The translations under genes were made by a program, and so were the position numbers. The notes beneath the pieces are model-generated. The model was not told the origin of the DNA and made no database searches. It saw only the letters and a list, made by a program, of their open reading frames with translations. Positions 10,006 through 18,681 of a stretch of DNA of 26,356 bases are shown piece by piece (positions within the stretch are counted from its first letter, which is position 1; the number at the start of each line of letters is the position of its first letter). Source of the stretch: a virus (taxonomy: Duplodnaviria; Caudoviricetes); the IMG/VR virus record IMGVR_UViG_3300012231_000041, positions 1 through 26,356 of that record; one strand, written 5' to 3'.

Positions 10006-10610
10006 TATTGTCTCCTCGAAGTGGCGAAGCTTTGGGGAAACCGCCATGCTTGGGTATTAAACGTATTTTGCTGCTTCATGTCTGCATAAGCCGACACCAT
10101 ACCTTGCCTGAATCTGGACCCGTGCAGCGTTGCTATTTCTTTGTGATAATATGGCTTAGCCGGCTGAGACGCCATGCTTGCGATCAAGCCATTTTTGATG
10201 CAATCACGGTACTTAGCAACGACCCAAAACGGCACCTGCGGATAGCCATCAGCATCTGTTTGGTCTGCAACCGAAAGTGCTACACGTGCCGTATAAGTTT
10301 GATCCTCCGAAGGGGCATTATAGAGGGTTAAAACCCCCACTTCCGGCATTGTCGCGTCTACGGCGATATTATCCTTGTTTGCTACCCAAAGCAGTTCATT
10401 GACCCTAGCAACCCATTCATTACTATCAATATCATAATTTGTATGGTCTGGGTCTACAAATATTGGGATGCTTTCTTGCCATAGCGTAGTAGTTCTGAAG
10501 AACTCATCTAGCACTGAGAATAACTCTAGCTTCAGTGCATCGTCCAATGCACCGGGTAAGCGGATTTGTGCTTCCGCTAGCATCCGATCAAACTGTGATC
10601 CACTAGCCAT
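10005..10610 (-). CDS. Head-tail adaptor / tail tubular protein A-like
   Basis: 201 aa, second gene downstream of the capsid gene; LPGALD...FFRTTTLWQE and QPAKPY motifs. Confidence 0.6.
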   Translation of the reverse strand: MASGSQFDRMLAEAQIRLPGALDDALKLELFSVLDEFFRTTTLWQESIPIFVDPDHTNYDIDSNEWVARVNELLWVANKDNIAVDATMPEVGVLTLYNAPSEDQTYTARVALSVADQTDADGYPQVPFWVVAKYRDCIKNGLIASMASQPAKPYYHKEIATLHGSRFRQGMVSAYADMKQQNTFNTQAWRFPQSFATSRRQ

Positions 10611-10990
10611 TAGATCGGCACCACGCTTCCAGCAGCGTTATAGGTTTTACCCGTAAGCTGCGCAGTAAAGGTAGCAATAAAAGCCGAGGCTCTAGCCTCA
10701 GACGTGTCTTCCTCGTCCCTGAGATGTGCCCAACCCGTCACATAAGACAGCAACGAAGTTTTATAGAAACTCGGGAACTTTACTGTCTCCCCCATGTTAC
10801 TAGAGGAATACACGGGGACTTCAAAATCAGGTAGAAAAAAGTCGGGGCGAATACGACGCGCGTCTTGCAGCGCTATATTGAGCGCAGTAACAAGCTGATC
10901 GGTTTCGTAGCGATACGGTTCTACGCGATCCTGGAGCAGAACCCGCGCAGTCGAAATTACATCAGCGACGGTTTCCAGCGACATATTCAC
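10610..10990 (-). CDS. Head-tail adaptor-like protein
   Basis: 126 aa; ARVLLQD...YRY...ALN...RIRPD helical adaptor pattern; may start at ATG 10984. Confidence 0.6.
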   Translation of the reverse strand: MNMSLETVADVISTARVLLQDRVEPYRYETDQLVTALNIALQDARRIRPDFFLPDFEVPVYSSSNMGETVKFPSFYKTSLLSYVTGWAHLRDEEDTSEARASAFIATFTAQLTGKTYNAAGSVVPI

Positions 10991-11007
10991 CCCGACAAGT
11001 AAGGGAC

Positions 11008-11043
11008 AGGCGTAGCTACTTTCGAAAGTAGCTACGCCTTTTT
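11008..11043. promoter_or_regulatory. Perfect 32-bp palindrome containing the 16-bp site; terminator-like on the plus strand
   Basis: AGGCGTAGCTACTTTC/GAAAGTAGCTACGCCT (11008-11039) followed by a T run; core at 11016-11031; directly after the capsid stop codon. Confidence 0.85.
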
Positions 11044-11044
11044 G

Positions 11045-12046
11045 TTACGCAATCACAACGGCTTCGGCAAGAGCCGTGCCATCAATGACCTTGTACCCAT
11101 ACACTTGCAGACCGCGCTGGAGCGTCCCAAACGTGAACTCAGAACGCAGCACTTCCATGTTGGTCATCTGAGACGCGAACGTCAGACCATGCTGATGACC
11201 GGCATAGATAACCGTCTCAGCACCAGTCAGACCGCCCGTCGTGCCAACCGGAAGCAGATTGCTCACGTAAAGCGTGAACCGGTCAATCATGCCAACACGA
11301 CCGTTGCGCAGCATAGAGATACTATCACCGGAGAGATACGCCTGACGAAGCTCAGAACGTTTGATGTAAGTCGCTGCCCAAGACGGCATGACAATCCAAC
11401 GTCCCGTTTCAGGGATATTCTGCTCGTCCAAGACCTGTCCAAGACGAAGGATACAGTCAAGGATATCAACCTGACCCGCAGTAGGAGCAGTCGGAACCAA
11501 GTCCAACGGCGTGCCAGAAACTCCGAGGTTGATGCTAGCAGAGATTTTACCTGCAGTCGTGCCACGATTAGTGACCGCAGTCATCTGATGAAGAATGCCC
11601 TTGAGCACATCAGTATCAATGACAATCTTCATCTGCTGTGCAGCGTCGTCGGCCCACAGCGACAAGACGTTAATATCGGATTGAATCCTCATCACGTCAT
11701 CGAGGATCGTATTCCAATACTTGCCCTTGTCGATAAGCAAGTCCTGCACCGAACCTGAGGGGCGCTCAACCTGCAGATTACCATCCGCTAGATAGTCGCG
11801 AATGGTGATAGTTGGCTTGGAGCGGATTTTAACTTTATCTCCGAAGGCTTTAATCTCGCCTTCGTAGTTGGTGTTAGAAATCGCCGAAAGCACAGTGGAG
11901 TTGTAAAACTTCTCGATCATCTTCCCCGACCAAATTTCGGGGATGAATCCAGTAGCGCCTAGGTTATTTCCAGCCGGTCCAGTGGCTGGAAATAGGGGCG
12001 GTGTCGTGCCCGATGTTGCAATCGGAAATACGCCGGGGATAGCCAT
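11045..12046 (-). CDS. Major capsid protein
   Basis: 333 aa; FIPEIWSGK, NTNYEGEIKAFGDKVKI, LDEQNIPETGRWIV, RGLQVYGYKV are typical of HK97-fold P22-coat-like capsids; follows the scaffold. Confidence 0.9.
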   Translation of the reverse strand: MAIPGVFPIATSGTTPPLFPATGPAGNNLGATGFIPEIWSGKMIEKFYNSTVLSAISNTNYEGEIKAFGDKVKIRSKPTITIRDYLADGNLQVERPSGSVQDLLIDKGKYWNTILDDVMRIQSDINVLSLWADDAAQQMKIVIDTDVLKGILHQMTAVTNRGTTAGKISASINLGVSGTPLDLVPTAPTAGQVDILDCILRLGQVLDEQNIPETGRWIVMPSWAATYIKRSELRQAYLSGDSISMLRNGRVGMIDRFTLYVSNLLPVGTTGGLTGAETVIYAGHQHGLTFASQMTNMEVLRSEFTFGTLQRGLQVYGYKVIDGTALAEAVVIA

Positions 12047-12106
12047 TGAAATCAGAGTCCTAAAGCCGGATCACGGAGAAGTTATATCACTTCTCTGTGA
12101 AGATTG

Positions 12107-13105
12107 TTACGTGATGCGGCCGTCTCTCTGAGCCTCGAAAATCATGTTTTCAAGGCGTACCTTCTCTGCTTCATTGCCTGAGTAGCCACCCGAAGCAACT
12201 TGCGCATAGAACGCTGAGATTTGACCGCGTGTGATAACGGGCTTCTCAGCAGGGCTTTGCGCTGCTGTCCGGGCTCTGCCGGGCGCGGCGAATTTCTCTA
12301 GGGGAACCTTAGGCGGTTGGGAATTATTCCCATTGCCATTAGCTGCGCTAGAGTTTCGCGGGGCTACGACAGCCTCATCGGCTAGGAAACCATTGAAAAA
12401 CGCAAGCACACGCTGGGAGTCGTTCCGCTCGTATGCTTGTGTCAGCAAATCATGGCGCTTGGCACCGGAGTATGAATCCGGTTGAGCCAACCAGCCAAGA
12501 AATTCCTCATTATGGTTTAGTTCACGCCAAGTCTTGAGATTAGTGTCTAAGTAATTCTCAAGTTTACCCTTAGCGTCTTGTACAACATGCTGTCCAACAT
12601 GCTGAAGCTGAGTTTTAAGTTGTTGATTTTCCTGCTCTAGCTTCTGCAGATGAGGCATAAGCGCTTGCTTAGCCTTCTTCTCGACGATGTTTAAGAACTC
12701 CTCCCCGTAGTCACTCACCTCTTGGGGAGTAATAAGCTGGTCTAGAGTTGGGTCATTCTTGGGATCGCGAGGTTGATTGCTACTTTGTGAAGCAACTTTA
12801 GCAAGGGTTTGCTCTAAATTACCTAGTCTACCCGCCAGATTTCTATTCTCGCTAGACAACGTATCATATCGGCCCTTCATAGCCTTGTACCTACGCTCCC
12901 AGCCCTCATCCTGAGACTCTAGAGGAGTTTCGGGTGTAGGTTCAGGAGCAGGTTCAGGAGCAGGAGCAGTAGTACCACTCTCGGGTACTTGGGTAGGGTA
13001 CGCAGCTTGATACGCTTGATCGGCAGCGGCAGAAGCAGCTTTGACACCATCAGGAATAGTGACTCCGGGGTCTATCCCACCTTCTGGAGTAGCCTGATCA
13101 GCCAT
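12107..13105 (-). CDS. Capsid scaffolding protein
   Basis: Probable start ATG 13105; acidic/Pro N-terminus, WERRYKAMKGRY plus coiled coil, C-terminal AQRDGRI; directly upstream of the capsid gene. Confidence 0.75.
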   Translation of the reverse strand: MADQATPEGGIDPGVTIPDGVKAASAAADQAYQAAYPTQVPESGTTAPAPEPAPEPTPETPLESQDEGWERRYKAMKGRYDTLSSENRNLAGRLGNLEQTLAKVASQSSNQPRDPKNDPTLDQLITPQEVSDYGEEFLNIVEKKAKQALMPHLQKLEQENQQLKTQLQHVGQHVVQDAKGKLENYLDTNLKTWRELNHNEEFLGWLAQPDSYSGAKRHDLLTQAYERNDSQRVLAFFNGFLADEAVVAPRNSSAANGNGNNSQPPKVPLEKFAAPGRARTAAQSPAEKPVITRGQISAFYAQVASGGYSGNEAEKVRLENMIFEAQRDGRIT

Positions 13106-13106
13106 G

Positions 13107-13349
13107 TTATCGCCTAACACCCTCTATTTGCTCTTGCTTCTGCACGCAGTCTTTAAGTGTCCGATACAATGCACTATATGCCTGCGCACGCCCTTGGTTT
13201 ATTTCTAAAAACCCGTTCTCGGAGGCTACTAGGCTATCCAAGGATTCACTTACACGCGCTTGAATAGCCTCTAAAAAACTACCCCATGCATGAGGATTAT
13301 GCCTAGCTAGCGCCGCAGCCGCGCTAACAAGCTTTTGCTCAGAAATCAT
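13107..13349 (-). CDS. Hypothetical protein (small gene between portal and scaffold)
   Basis: 80 aa, helical, QGRAQAY motif; tightly packed. Confidence 0.7.
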   Translation of the reverse strand: MISEQKLVSAAAALARHNPHAWGSFLEAIQARVSESLDSLVASENGFLEINQGRAQAYSALYRTLKDCVQKQEQIEGVRR

Positions 13350-13574
13350 CTAGAGCGGCTTACAATGACCGACGCTTTGTTTTCCGACACTACTCTCGCC
13401 GCCACCCTTAGCCCAGTCGCCACTAGCACCACCGGAGGTAACCATAGCGTCGGATTTCATGGGCTTAACGCCCTGTTTAGGGGTGTTATAGTTCCCGCCC
13501 GATACATAATTAGGGGAACTCTCGCTAATTTGCTTACCCTTGGAAAGGCTAGGGCTAAGATCAAACTTCACCAT
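13350..13574 (-). CDS. Hypothetical Gly/Ser/Lys-rich protein
   Basis: 74 aa, GGAG RBS, first gene after a promoter. Confidence 0.65.
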   Translation of the reverse strand: MVKFDLSPSLSKGKQISESSPNYVSGGNYNTPKQGVKPMKSDAMVTSGGASGDWAKGGGESSVGKQSVGHCKPL

Positions 13575-13600
13575 TTACGTAGCTCCACTCTTAGCTAAAG

Positions 13601-13644
13601 ATTTGTTACTTTCGACAGTAGCAAATAGGTCATATACTTGTCAA
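13601..13644 (-). promoter_or_regulatory. Sigma70-like promoter whose -10 lies inside a palindromic site
   Basis: Minus strand TTGACA (13639-13644), 18-bp spacer, TACTGT (13615-13620); site TTACTTTCGACAGTAG at 13606-13621 with arms extended to 13601-13626. Confidence 0.7.
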
Positions 13645-13653
13645 GAGGGTATT

Positions 13654-13872
13654 TTAGCCCCCAATCTGCGTATTCATACTTATCCCGCCCCCAGTAAACT
13701 GCACCAATACTACAATAAGCAGGATTACTGCAACGACAACAATTGCCACACGCGCAATACGCCCTACTGGCTCAGGGGGACCAAACTGAGAAATAACCCA
13801 GTAAGCCAACCAAGCCAATACGCATATAGCAACTAGCCATACAAACAATACTATAACTGATCCTATGGTCAT
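13654..13872 (-). CDS. Small two-TM membrane protein (holin candidate)
   Basis: 72 aa, two strongly hydrophobic segments separated by GPPEPVGR; 1-bp overlap with the portal stop. Confidence 0.6.
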   Translation of the reverse strand: MTIGSVIVLFVWLVAICVLAWLAYWVISQFGPPEPVGRIARVAIVVVAVILLIVVLVQFTGGGISMNTQIGG

Positions 13873-16130
13873 TACCCTACTCCCCCTTGAATTTTAGGTG
13901 CGGGTCTTTGCTGCTGAAGGTTTAACCTTGGACCTACGTCACCAGTGCCTGCTGGCTTCTGTTGTCCACCCTGCGCCCTAGCTGCTGCAGACGGAATAGC
14001 TCCTGATCTGGCAGCAGTTTGGGCTGCACCGGGCACGCCAGCTTTAACTTGCCCTTCTTGTCCCGGTGGAGGCGGTGGCGGGGCTTGTTCTTGAGCCTGC
14101 TGCATTTTATTGATCTGGTCTTCATTAGGCACGATTTCCTCGCCGTCTAGCCCAATGGTTTTACTAACACTCCTTAGAACGGCAGCACGACCCTTAGCTC
14201 CCATAATCTGAGCGTCCATGGGGTTAGCGGTGGCTGTGAGGAACTCAATCTGGCGTGCTCTTTGGGTTTCACGCTGGATAGCGACGTTGACGCCCATAAC
14301 CTTAATAGTCTCGTCGCCATGTAGAAGCCCAGTCGTGTCGGTCAGCATAAGTAAGTCGTACACATCAGTCAGCGCCGGGCTCATAACATCACGGTCGATG
14401 TTAGCAGCTACGGTTTGAAGTATCTTAGAGGCGTTGGACATGAGCATAGACAGGCCAGAAGAAGTCCTGCCTGCACCGCCCGGAGCCCCTTGGCCTGCAA
14501 GAAACCTAGGTATCGCACTTAGGTCGTCGGCCAGATTAGAGAAAAACTGATAGACCTGAAGAAGGTCTTGTGCGTTACTTTGAGGGTTAAAGAAAGTAAT
14601 AGGCGCAACAGCAGCGTTAGTCCCAAAAGGATCACTGACTGTGTACCAGCGTTTCCAAGGATATAAATCTTCTACATCTGCACCGGGCGCTATCCTATCC
14701 CTGTTTATTACTACTTGCGGACCCGAAGCGATAGAGAGATTATTGACCAAGGCACGAAGTGTTGCATTCGCTACGTCCTGCACGTCTGCAAGAATATCCG
14801 GTAGTCCGTTCCCTACAGGGGTGCCAGGGATTTTTTCGAAGGAACTAATATAGTATGGATGACGCCGCCTTGGGGATGGGGATAGCTGCACCTTGATAAC
14901 ATAGGTGCCGATAATCCATGCCTGAACCATGTAATCGCGAAGGGGATCAGGGATGTCTTCTTCGGTGAAGCCATATCCAGGCTCAAGTAACATTCGTCCT
15001 TGTACGTTACCGTGGAACTCCAAACAGTTAATAATCCCTGATTGGTTGAAGAGCGGGCTTTCACGGGATTCATTTAGTGCTCGCTCAGAGTCAGTGCTGT
15101 CCCAGTTGTCAGTGATCCCCCCACGACCGTAATCATCCAGCACGGAGCGCACTGCGTCGTTGTTAAATCCCGGCAAATCCAAAAGATCATTAAGCTCACC
15201 ACGTGTTAGTCTGGTACGCTCAACAACTGCAGCATCGCCAATATCAGATACACCCGGCGTCCAATACAAATCAAAGGGGCTGACCCTACCCCATGTCATT
15301 CTTGGGACTTGCATGACTCCGGGGGCTGGGTCTGTAGGGTTAGGAGGGGGTGGTGCAGAAGGTGGCTCTGGTAGTTGATTGTTGAATACGCCCCTTGTGT
15401 TGCTCTGGTCCCATCGAACAGTGGGAACAATTCTAACTGTTGGTCCTTTGATGCAGGCATAAGGAAACTGCGGAAGGTCGACGATGAACTCAGCGAGCGC
15501 ATTGTAAAAACCTCCCTCATCGAATATCTCCTCGATTTTGTCCTGAACTAAACTTGCGCGTTTGTTTGCCTGCTTCTTAGCTGCCGACCTCGCAGCGTCC
15601 ATAAGCTGGACGGTTCTGTCCCTTATCATGCCCGGATCAGGTGCAGCTTGCGGCGCTACTTGCATCAGAGTTTGGATTTCAGTTTGAACCAGTTGGGTTA
15701 TCGTCTGGACGATTTTTTGGGGTACATCCGGGTCAGCCGGGGGCTTTATGCCCCATGGACGATCAGGGGAAAGATACACGTCCCTGAGGAGCGAAGTTGC
15801 TCCTCTGCACTTCATGGCTATCATTCTAGCGTAGACTTCAGACCCCCCAAATCGGCGGATTTCACTTAGCTTCTGAGTAGAGTATTTACCATTAAAAGTA
15901 CGTTGGGCGTCTAGAAGCCTCTCACTCCAGCCTGCAGCCGAGCCACGATGTTCGCGAAAAATATCATATTGTCGTTTGATATAACCAGCTAGACCAGTCT
16001 GATCTATGTCTTGCTTCTGATTGTTACGTTTGAAAGTAGCATCTGCTTCGTTTTGAAGATTACGCTCATGATCACCGGGAGAGACCACACGTAAGACGGG
16101 AGCGAGTGCAAAGTTTTGTTCAAGAGGCAT
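13872..16130 (-). CDS. Portal protein
   Basis: 752 aa; RVSPFDLYW, SFEKIPGTPVGNGLPDIL, RALVNNLSIASGPQV, GRTSSGLSML motifs of P22/T7-type portals; Gln/Pro-rich tail. Confidence 0.88.
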   Translation of the reverse strand: MPLEQNFALAPVLRVVSPGDHERNLQNEADATFKRNNQKQDIDQTGLAGYIKRQYDIFREHRGSAAGWSERLLDAQRTFNGKYSTQKLSEIRRFGGSEVYARMIAMKCRGATSLLRDVYLSPDRPWGIKPPADPDVPQKIVQTITQLVQTEIQTLMQVAPQAAPDPGMIRDRTVQLMDAARSAAKKQANKRASLVQDKIEEIFDEGGFYNALAEFIVDLPQFPYACIKGPTVRIVPTVRWDQSNTRGVFNNQLPEPPSAPPPPNPTDPAPGVMQVPRMTWGRVSPFDLYWTPGVSDIGDAAVVERTRLTRGELNDLLDLPGFNNDAVRSVLDDYGRGGITDNWDSTDSERALNESRESPLFNQSGIINCLEFHGNVQGRMLLEPGYGFTEEDIPDPLRDYMVQAWIIGTYVIKVQLSPSPRRRHPYYISSFEKIPGTPVGNGLPDILADVQDVANATLRALVNNLSIASGPQVVINRDRIAPGADVEDLYPWKRWYTVSDPFGTNAAVAPITFFNPQSNAQDLLQVYQFFSNLADDLSAIPRFLAGQGAPGGAGRTSSGLSMLMSNASKILQTVAANIDRDVMSPALTDVYDLLMLTDTTGLLHGDETIKVMGVNVAIQRETQRARQIEFLTATANPMDAQIMGAKGRAAVLRSVSKTIGLDGEEIVPNEDQINKMQQAQEQAPPPPPPGQEGQVKAGVPGAAQTAARSGAIPSAAARAQGGQQKPAGTGDVGPRLNLQQQRPAPKIQGGVG

Positions 16131-16132
16131 GG

Positions 16133-16180
16133 TTGTCCCCGAAGTTAGGTTATGGTATCCTAGTTAGAACACCTTGTCAA
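16133..16180. promoter_or_regulatory. Overlapping divergent sigma70-like promoters for portal and terminase
   Basis: Minus: TTGACA (16175-16180)-17-TACCAT (16152-16157). Plus: TTGTCC (16133-16138)-17-TATCCT (16156-16161) with extended TG. Confidence 0.6.
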
Positions 16181-16193
16181 GTGGGAGTGTGAG

Positions 16194-16673
16194 ATGGAAA
16201 ACGAGTTTAATATCTACGAAGACGATGCTGTGTATATGCGCCTAGCTCGTGAAATAGCATTGGATCATTACGAGCTACCGGATATCCTAAAGCGCCATAA
16301 CATATCACATGAGCGCTGGAGCAAAATATCCAACGATAAGTATTTCACCAGTATTTTAAGCTCTGAGATATCACATTGGAACACAACTGCAAACACAACA
16401 GAGCGGTCCAAACTAAAAGCCGCAGCCCTGATAGAAGACTGGCTCCCAGAAGCCCACAACCAGTTACATAATTCAAGGGAAAACTTAAGTTCGAAAGTAG
16501 CTTTAGCCACCTTGGTAACCAAAATAGCCGGCATGGGCCTAGAAAAGGCTACCCTCAACGATAACACTAGTGACAAATTTGTAGTAAATATTAATCTTGG
16601 AGCCGATAAGAACATTAATCTGCAAAAAGAAATTAACATCACCCCACGTCTAGCCATAGTGCAGGAGGACTAA
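16194..16673 (+). CDS. terS: Terminase small subunit (putative)
   Basis: 159 aa; HTH-like N-terminus, helical core, beta-strand C-terminus (FVVNINLG); stop directly abuts the terL ATG. Confidence 0.7.
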   Translation: MENEFNIYEDDAVYMRLAREIALDHYELPDILKRHNISHERWSKISNDKYFTSILSSEISHWNTTANTTERSKLKAAALIEDWLPEAHNQLHNSRENLSSKVALATLVTKIAGMGLEKATLNDNTSDKFVVNINLGADKNINLQKEINITPRLAIVQED

Positions 16674-18125
16674 ATGAAGACTATCAATTACGAGCCTCCC
16701 CCAACTTGCAAAGATTTTATGCTGTCTGAGTCTTTTGGCAGGCTTATCGCTGGCCCAGTGGGTAGCGGTAAGACTACTGCTGCTATTCTGGAGCTATTCA
16801 GGCGCGCGTGCGAGCAAGAGCCTGCACCAGACGGAATAAGACACACAAGGTTTGCCATTGTTAGAACCACGCTCAAACAGCTAAAAGACACGATCCTGAA
16901 AGATGTCTTACAGTGGTTCGAAGGTATAGCCGAGTATAAAGTTAGTGATAGTACAATCAGGTTCAGGGTGGGGGACATAGACTCTGAGTGGCTTTTGATC
17001 CCACTTGAGACTCCTGAGGATCAGCGTAGACTCTTGTCGATGCAGATTACAGGGGCTTTTATCTCGGAGGCTATCGAATTTGATCTTGATCTTGTTTCGC
17101 CACTTGCCGGCCGTTGTGGCAGATATCCATCGGCCACTATGGGGGGTGCAACTTGGATGGGAATTATTGCTGATACTAATATGCCTTCTGAAGGCTCTCC
17201 ATGGCACGGCTTCATGACTAAGCCCCCGATTGACTGGCAGGTGTTTATCCAGCCGGGCGGCATGACAGACCACGCCGAGAACTTAGAATGGCTCACGCAA
17301 ACTCCAGCATCGCTTAAACTCCCGCTCACTGATCCTGCAAGAAAGGCACAAGGCAGAACCTACTATGAGCGATTCATACGTAGTAACAGTGACACTTGGT
17401 GTCGTAGGTATGTGCACGCTCTATATGGCGATGACCCTAGTGGTATGGCTGTATTCAGGGAAAGTTTTAAATCTGAGTATCATGTGGTGGATAATCTGGA
17501 GCCTGTCGCTGGCACTGCTCTTATCATAGGACAGGATTTCGGGAGAGACCCTTGGTCGGTAATTACACAAATGGATAGTTTAGGAAGGTTTTTAGTCTTG
17601 GAGGAAATACCTGCAGAAGACATAGGGTTGTTTCAACATTTGGTGACTAGCCTACGTCCAAGGTTGCAACAGGTTAGATATCTCGGGAAGCCCGTAGCTA
17701 TCGTAGGTGACCCATCAGGTGTGGCGAAGAGTAGTATTTATGAGGAAACGTCGTTTGATGTCATCAAGCGAGTAGGCTTTCACTGTTTCCCTGCACCAAC
17801 AAACGATCTTGATCCTAGAATCAGGAGCATAGAATCATTGCTACTTCAGCAAGTAAGGGGCAAAAGCCTCTTTGTGATTGACCGGGCTAAATGCCCTACA
17901 TTGGTGCAAGCCCTAAACGGAGGGTACAGGTTTGCTTATAATAGAGATGGCCAGAAAAAACCCACTCCAGAGAAAAACGATTATTCTCATGGCATGGATG
18001 CACTGCAGTACGCAGCTTTGGCTGTGTCTGGAGGGATGGTGAGTGGGTACATCCGCAATAAAGTCTCTGGGGAGCGCTGGGGTGGTGAAAGCAGAGGTAG
18101 GGTAGTAACTGCAGGTTGGACGTGA
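16674..18125 (+). CDS. terL: Terminase large subunit
   Basis: Walker A GPVGSGKT, Walker B-like GAFISE, ADTN coupling motif, nuclease GQDFG, GDPSG and SHGMDALQY. Confidence 0.93.
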   Translation: MKTINYEPPPTCKDFMLSESFGRLIAGPVGSGKTTAAILELFRRACEQEPAPDGIRHTRFAIVRTTLKQLKDTILKDVLQWFEGIAEYKVSDSTIRFRVGDIDSEWLLIPLETPEDQRRLLSMQITGAFISEAIEFDLDLVSPLAGRCGRYPSATMGGATWMGIIADTNMPSEGSPWHGFMTKPPIDWQVFIQPGGMTDHAENLEWLTQTPASLKLPLTDPARKAQGRTYYERFIRSNSDTWCRRYVHALYGDDPSGMAVFRESFKSEYHVVDNLEPVAGTALIIGQDFGRDPWSVITQMDSLGRFLVLEEIPAEDIGLFQHLVTSLRPRLQQVRYLGKPVAIVGDPSGVAKSSIYEETSFDVIKRVGFHCFPAPTNDLDPRIRSIESLLLQQVRGKSLFVIDRAKCPTLVQALNGGYRFAYNRDGQKKPTPEKNDYSHGMDALQYAALAVSGGMVSGYIRNKVSGERWGGESRGRVVTAGWT

Positions 18126-18181
18126 ACAAAAGGGTCAGGGGGGGCATTAATAGAACAAACCGTGTTTGTTCTCATATGCTA

Positions 18182-18212
18182 AGGTGCTCGGATACTCAGG
18201 TGCTCGGATACT
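18182..18212 (+). repeat. 15-bp tandem direct repeat
   Basis: AGGTGCTCGGATACT at 18182-18196 and 18198-18212; CTAGGGGG also occurs three times (18211, 18292, 18300). Confidence 0.9.
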
Positions 18213-18310
18213 AGGGGGCTGGTGGTAGCCACCGGAGCCCTGACAGGACGCAGCGAGTCGATCCAGCAGCTACCGGGAAAGTGTTTAGGTGCTAGGGGGC
18301 TAGGGGGTCA

Positions 18311-18342
18311 AGTAACTTCTGAGTTACTATTTTTTATTTTTT
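18311..18342 (+). terminator. Putative intrinsic terminator after terL
   Basis: AGTAACT-TCTG-AGTTACT followed by ATTTTTTATTTTTT; the stem is AT-rich and weak. Confidence 0.5.
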
Positions 18343-18440
18343 CTAATCTATGATTCTAGGACACCTAATCCGCCCGGCCCCCACCCCCACCCCTTGGCCA
18401 ATACCACCGGGGGTAGCCCCTTAGGCACCTTGTGGTTGCA

Positions 18441-18462
18441 TTCCTACTTCGCGAAGTAGGAA
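18441..18462. promoter_or_regulatory. Palindromic site (perfect 22 bp)
   Basis: TTCCTACTTCGCGAAGTAGGAA; core 18444-18459. Confidence 0.85.
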
Positions 18463-18507
18463 CGGGCAAAGCCCTTGCCAGCTAAGTATGGTGTATGATC
18501 GCACTAT

Positions 18508-18538
18508 CACGGCATGGGGCCGTGCGCTCTTTGACAAT
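18508..18538 (+). promoter_or_regulatory. boxB-like hairpin plus boxA-like antitermination element
   Basis: CACGGC-ATGGG-GCCGTG directly followed by CGCTCTTTGACAAT, similar to rrn boxA TGCTCTTTAACA and lambda boxA CGCTCTTA. Confidence 0.6.
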
Positions 18539-18637
18539 TCGGAACCCTAACCGCCTGACGTGACAGGTCTCGCGGGAAGGACGCAAGCCTAAGGCCGGCG
18601 AAGCCTTATCTAATCGCCGGCTCTATGGCTTACGCCA

Positions 18638-18662
18638 CGTTGCTACTTTGAAAGTAGCAACG
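18638..18662. promoter_or_regulatory. Palindromic site, 1-bp-short variant, upstream of the first early gene
   Basis: CGTTGCTACTTT-G-AAAGTAGCAACG. Confidence 0.75.
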
Positions 18663-18681
18663 AAACATAGGGAACACGAAA

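Noticed and set aside
11016-11031. Motif as an NtcA, LexA or parS box
   Set aside because: NtcA is GTA-N8-TAC (opposite arm order); alphaproteobacterial LexA is a GTTC-N7-GTTC direct repeat; parS is TGTTTCACGTGAAACA. None match.
11042-11758. 238-aa plus-strand ORF
   Set aside because: Antisense shadow of the codon-biased capsid gene; no RBS or recognisable motif.
12940-12970. GGTTCAGGAGCA tandem repeat (and Glu-codon repeats near 24540-24595)
   Set aside because: Explained by low-complexity protein linkers (APEP and acidic tail).
18475-18499. TTGCCA...TATGAT as a complete sigma70 promoter
   Set aside because: The spacer is only 13 bp; only the -10 is credible.
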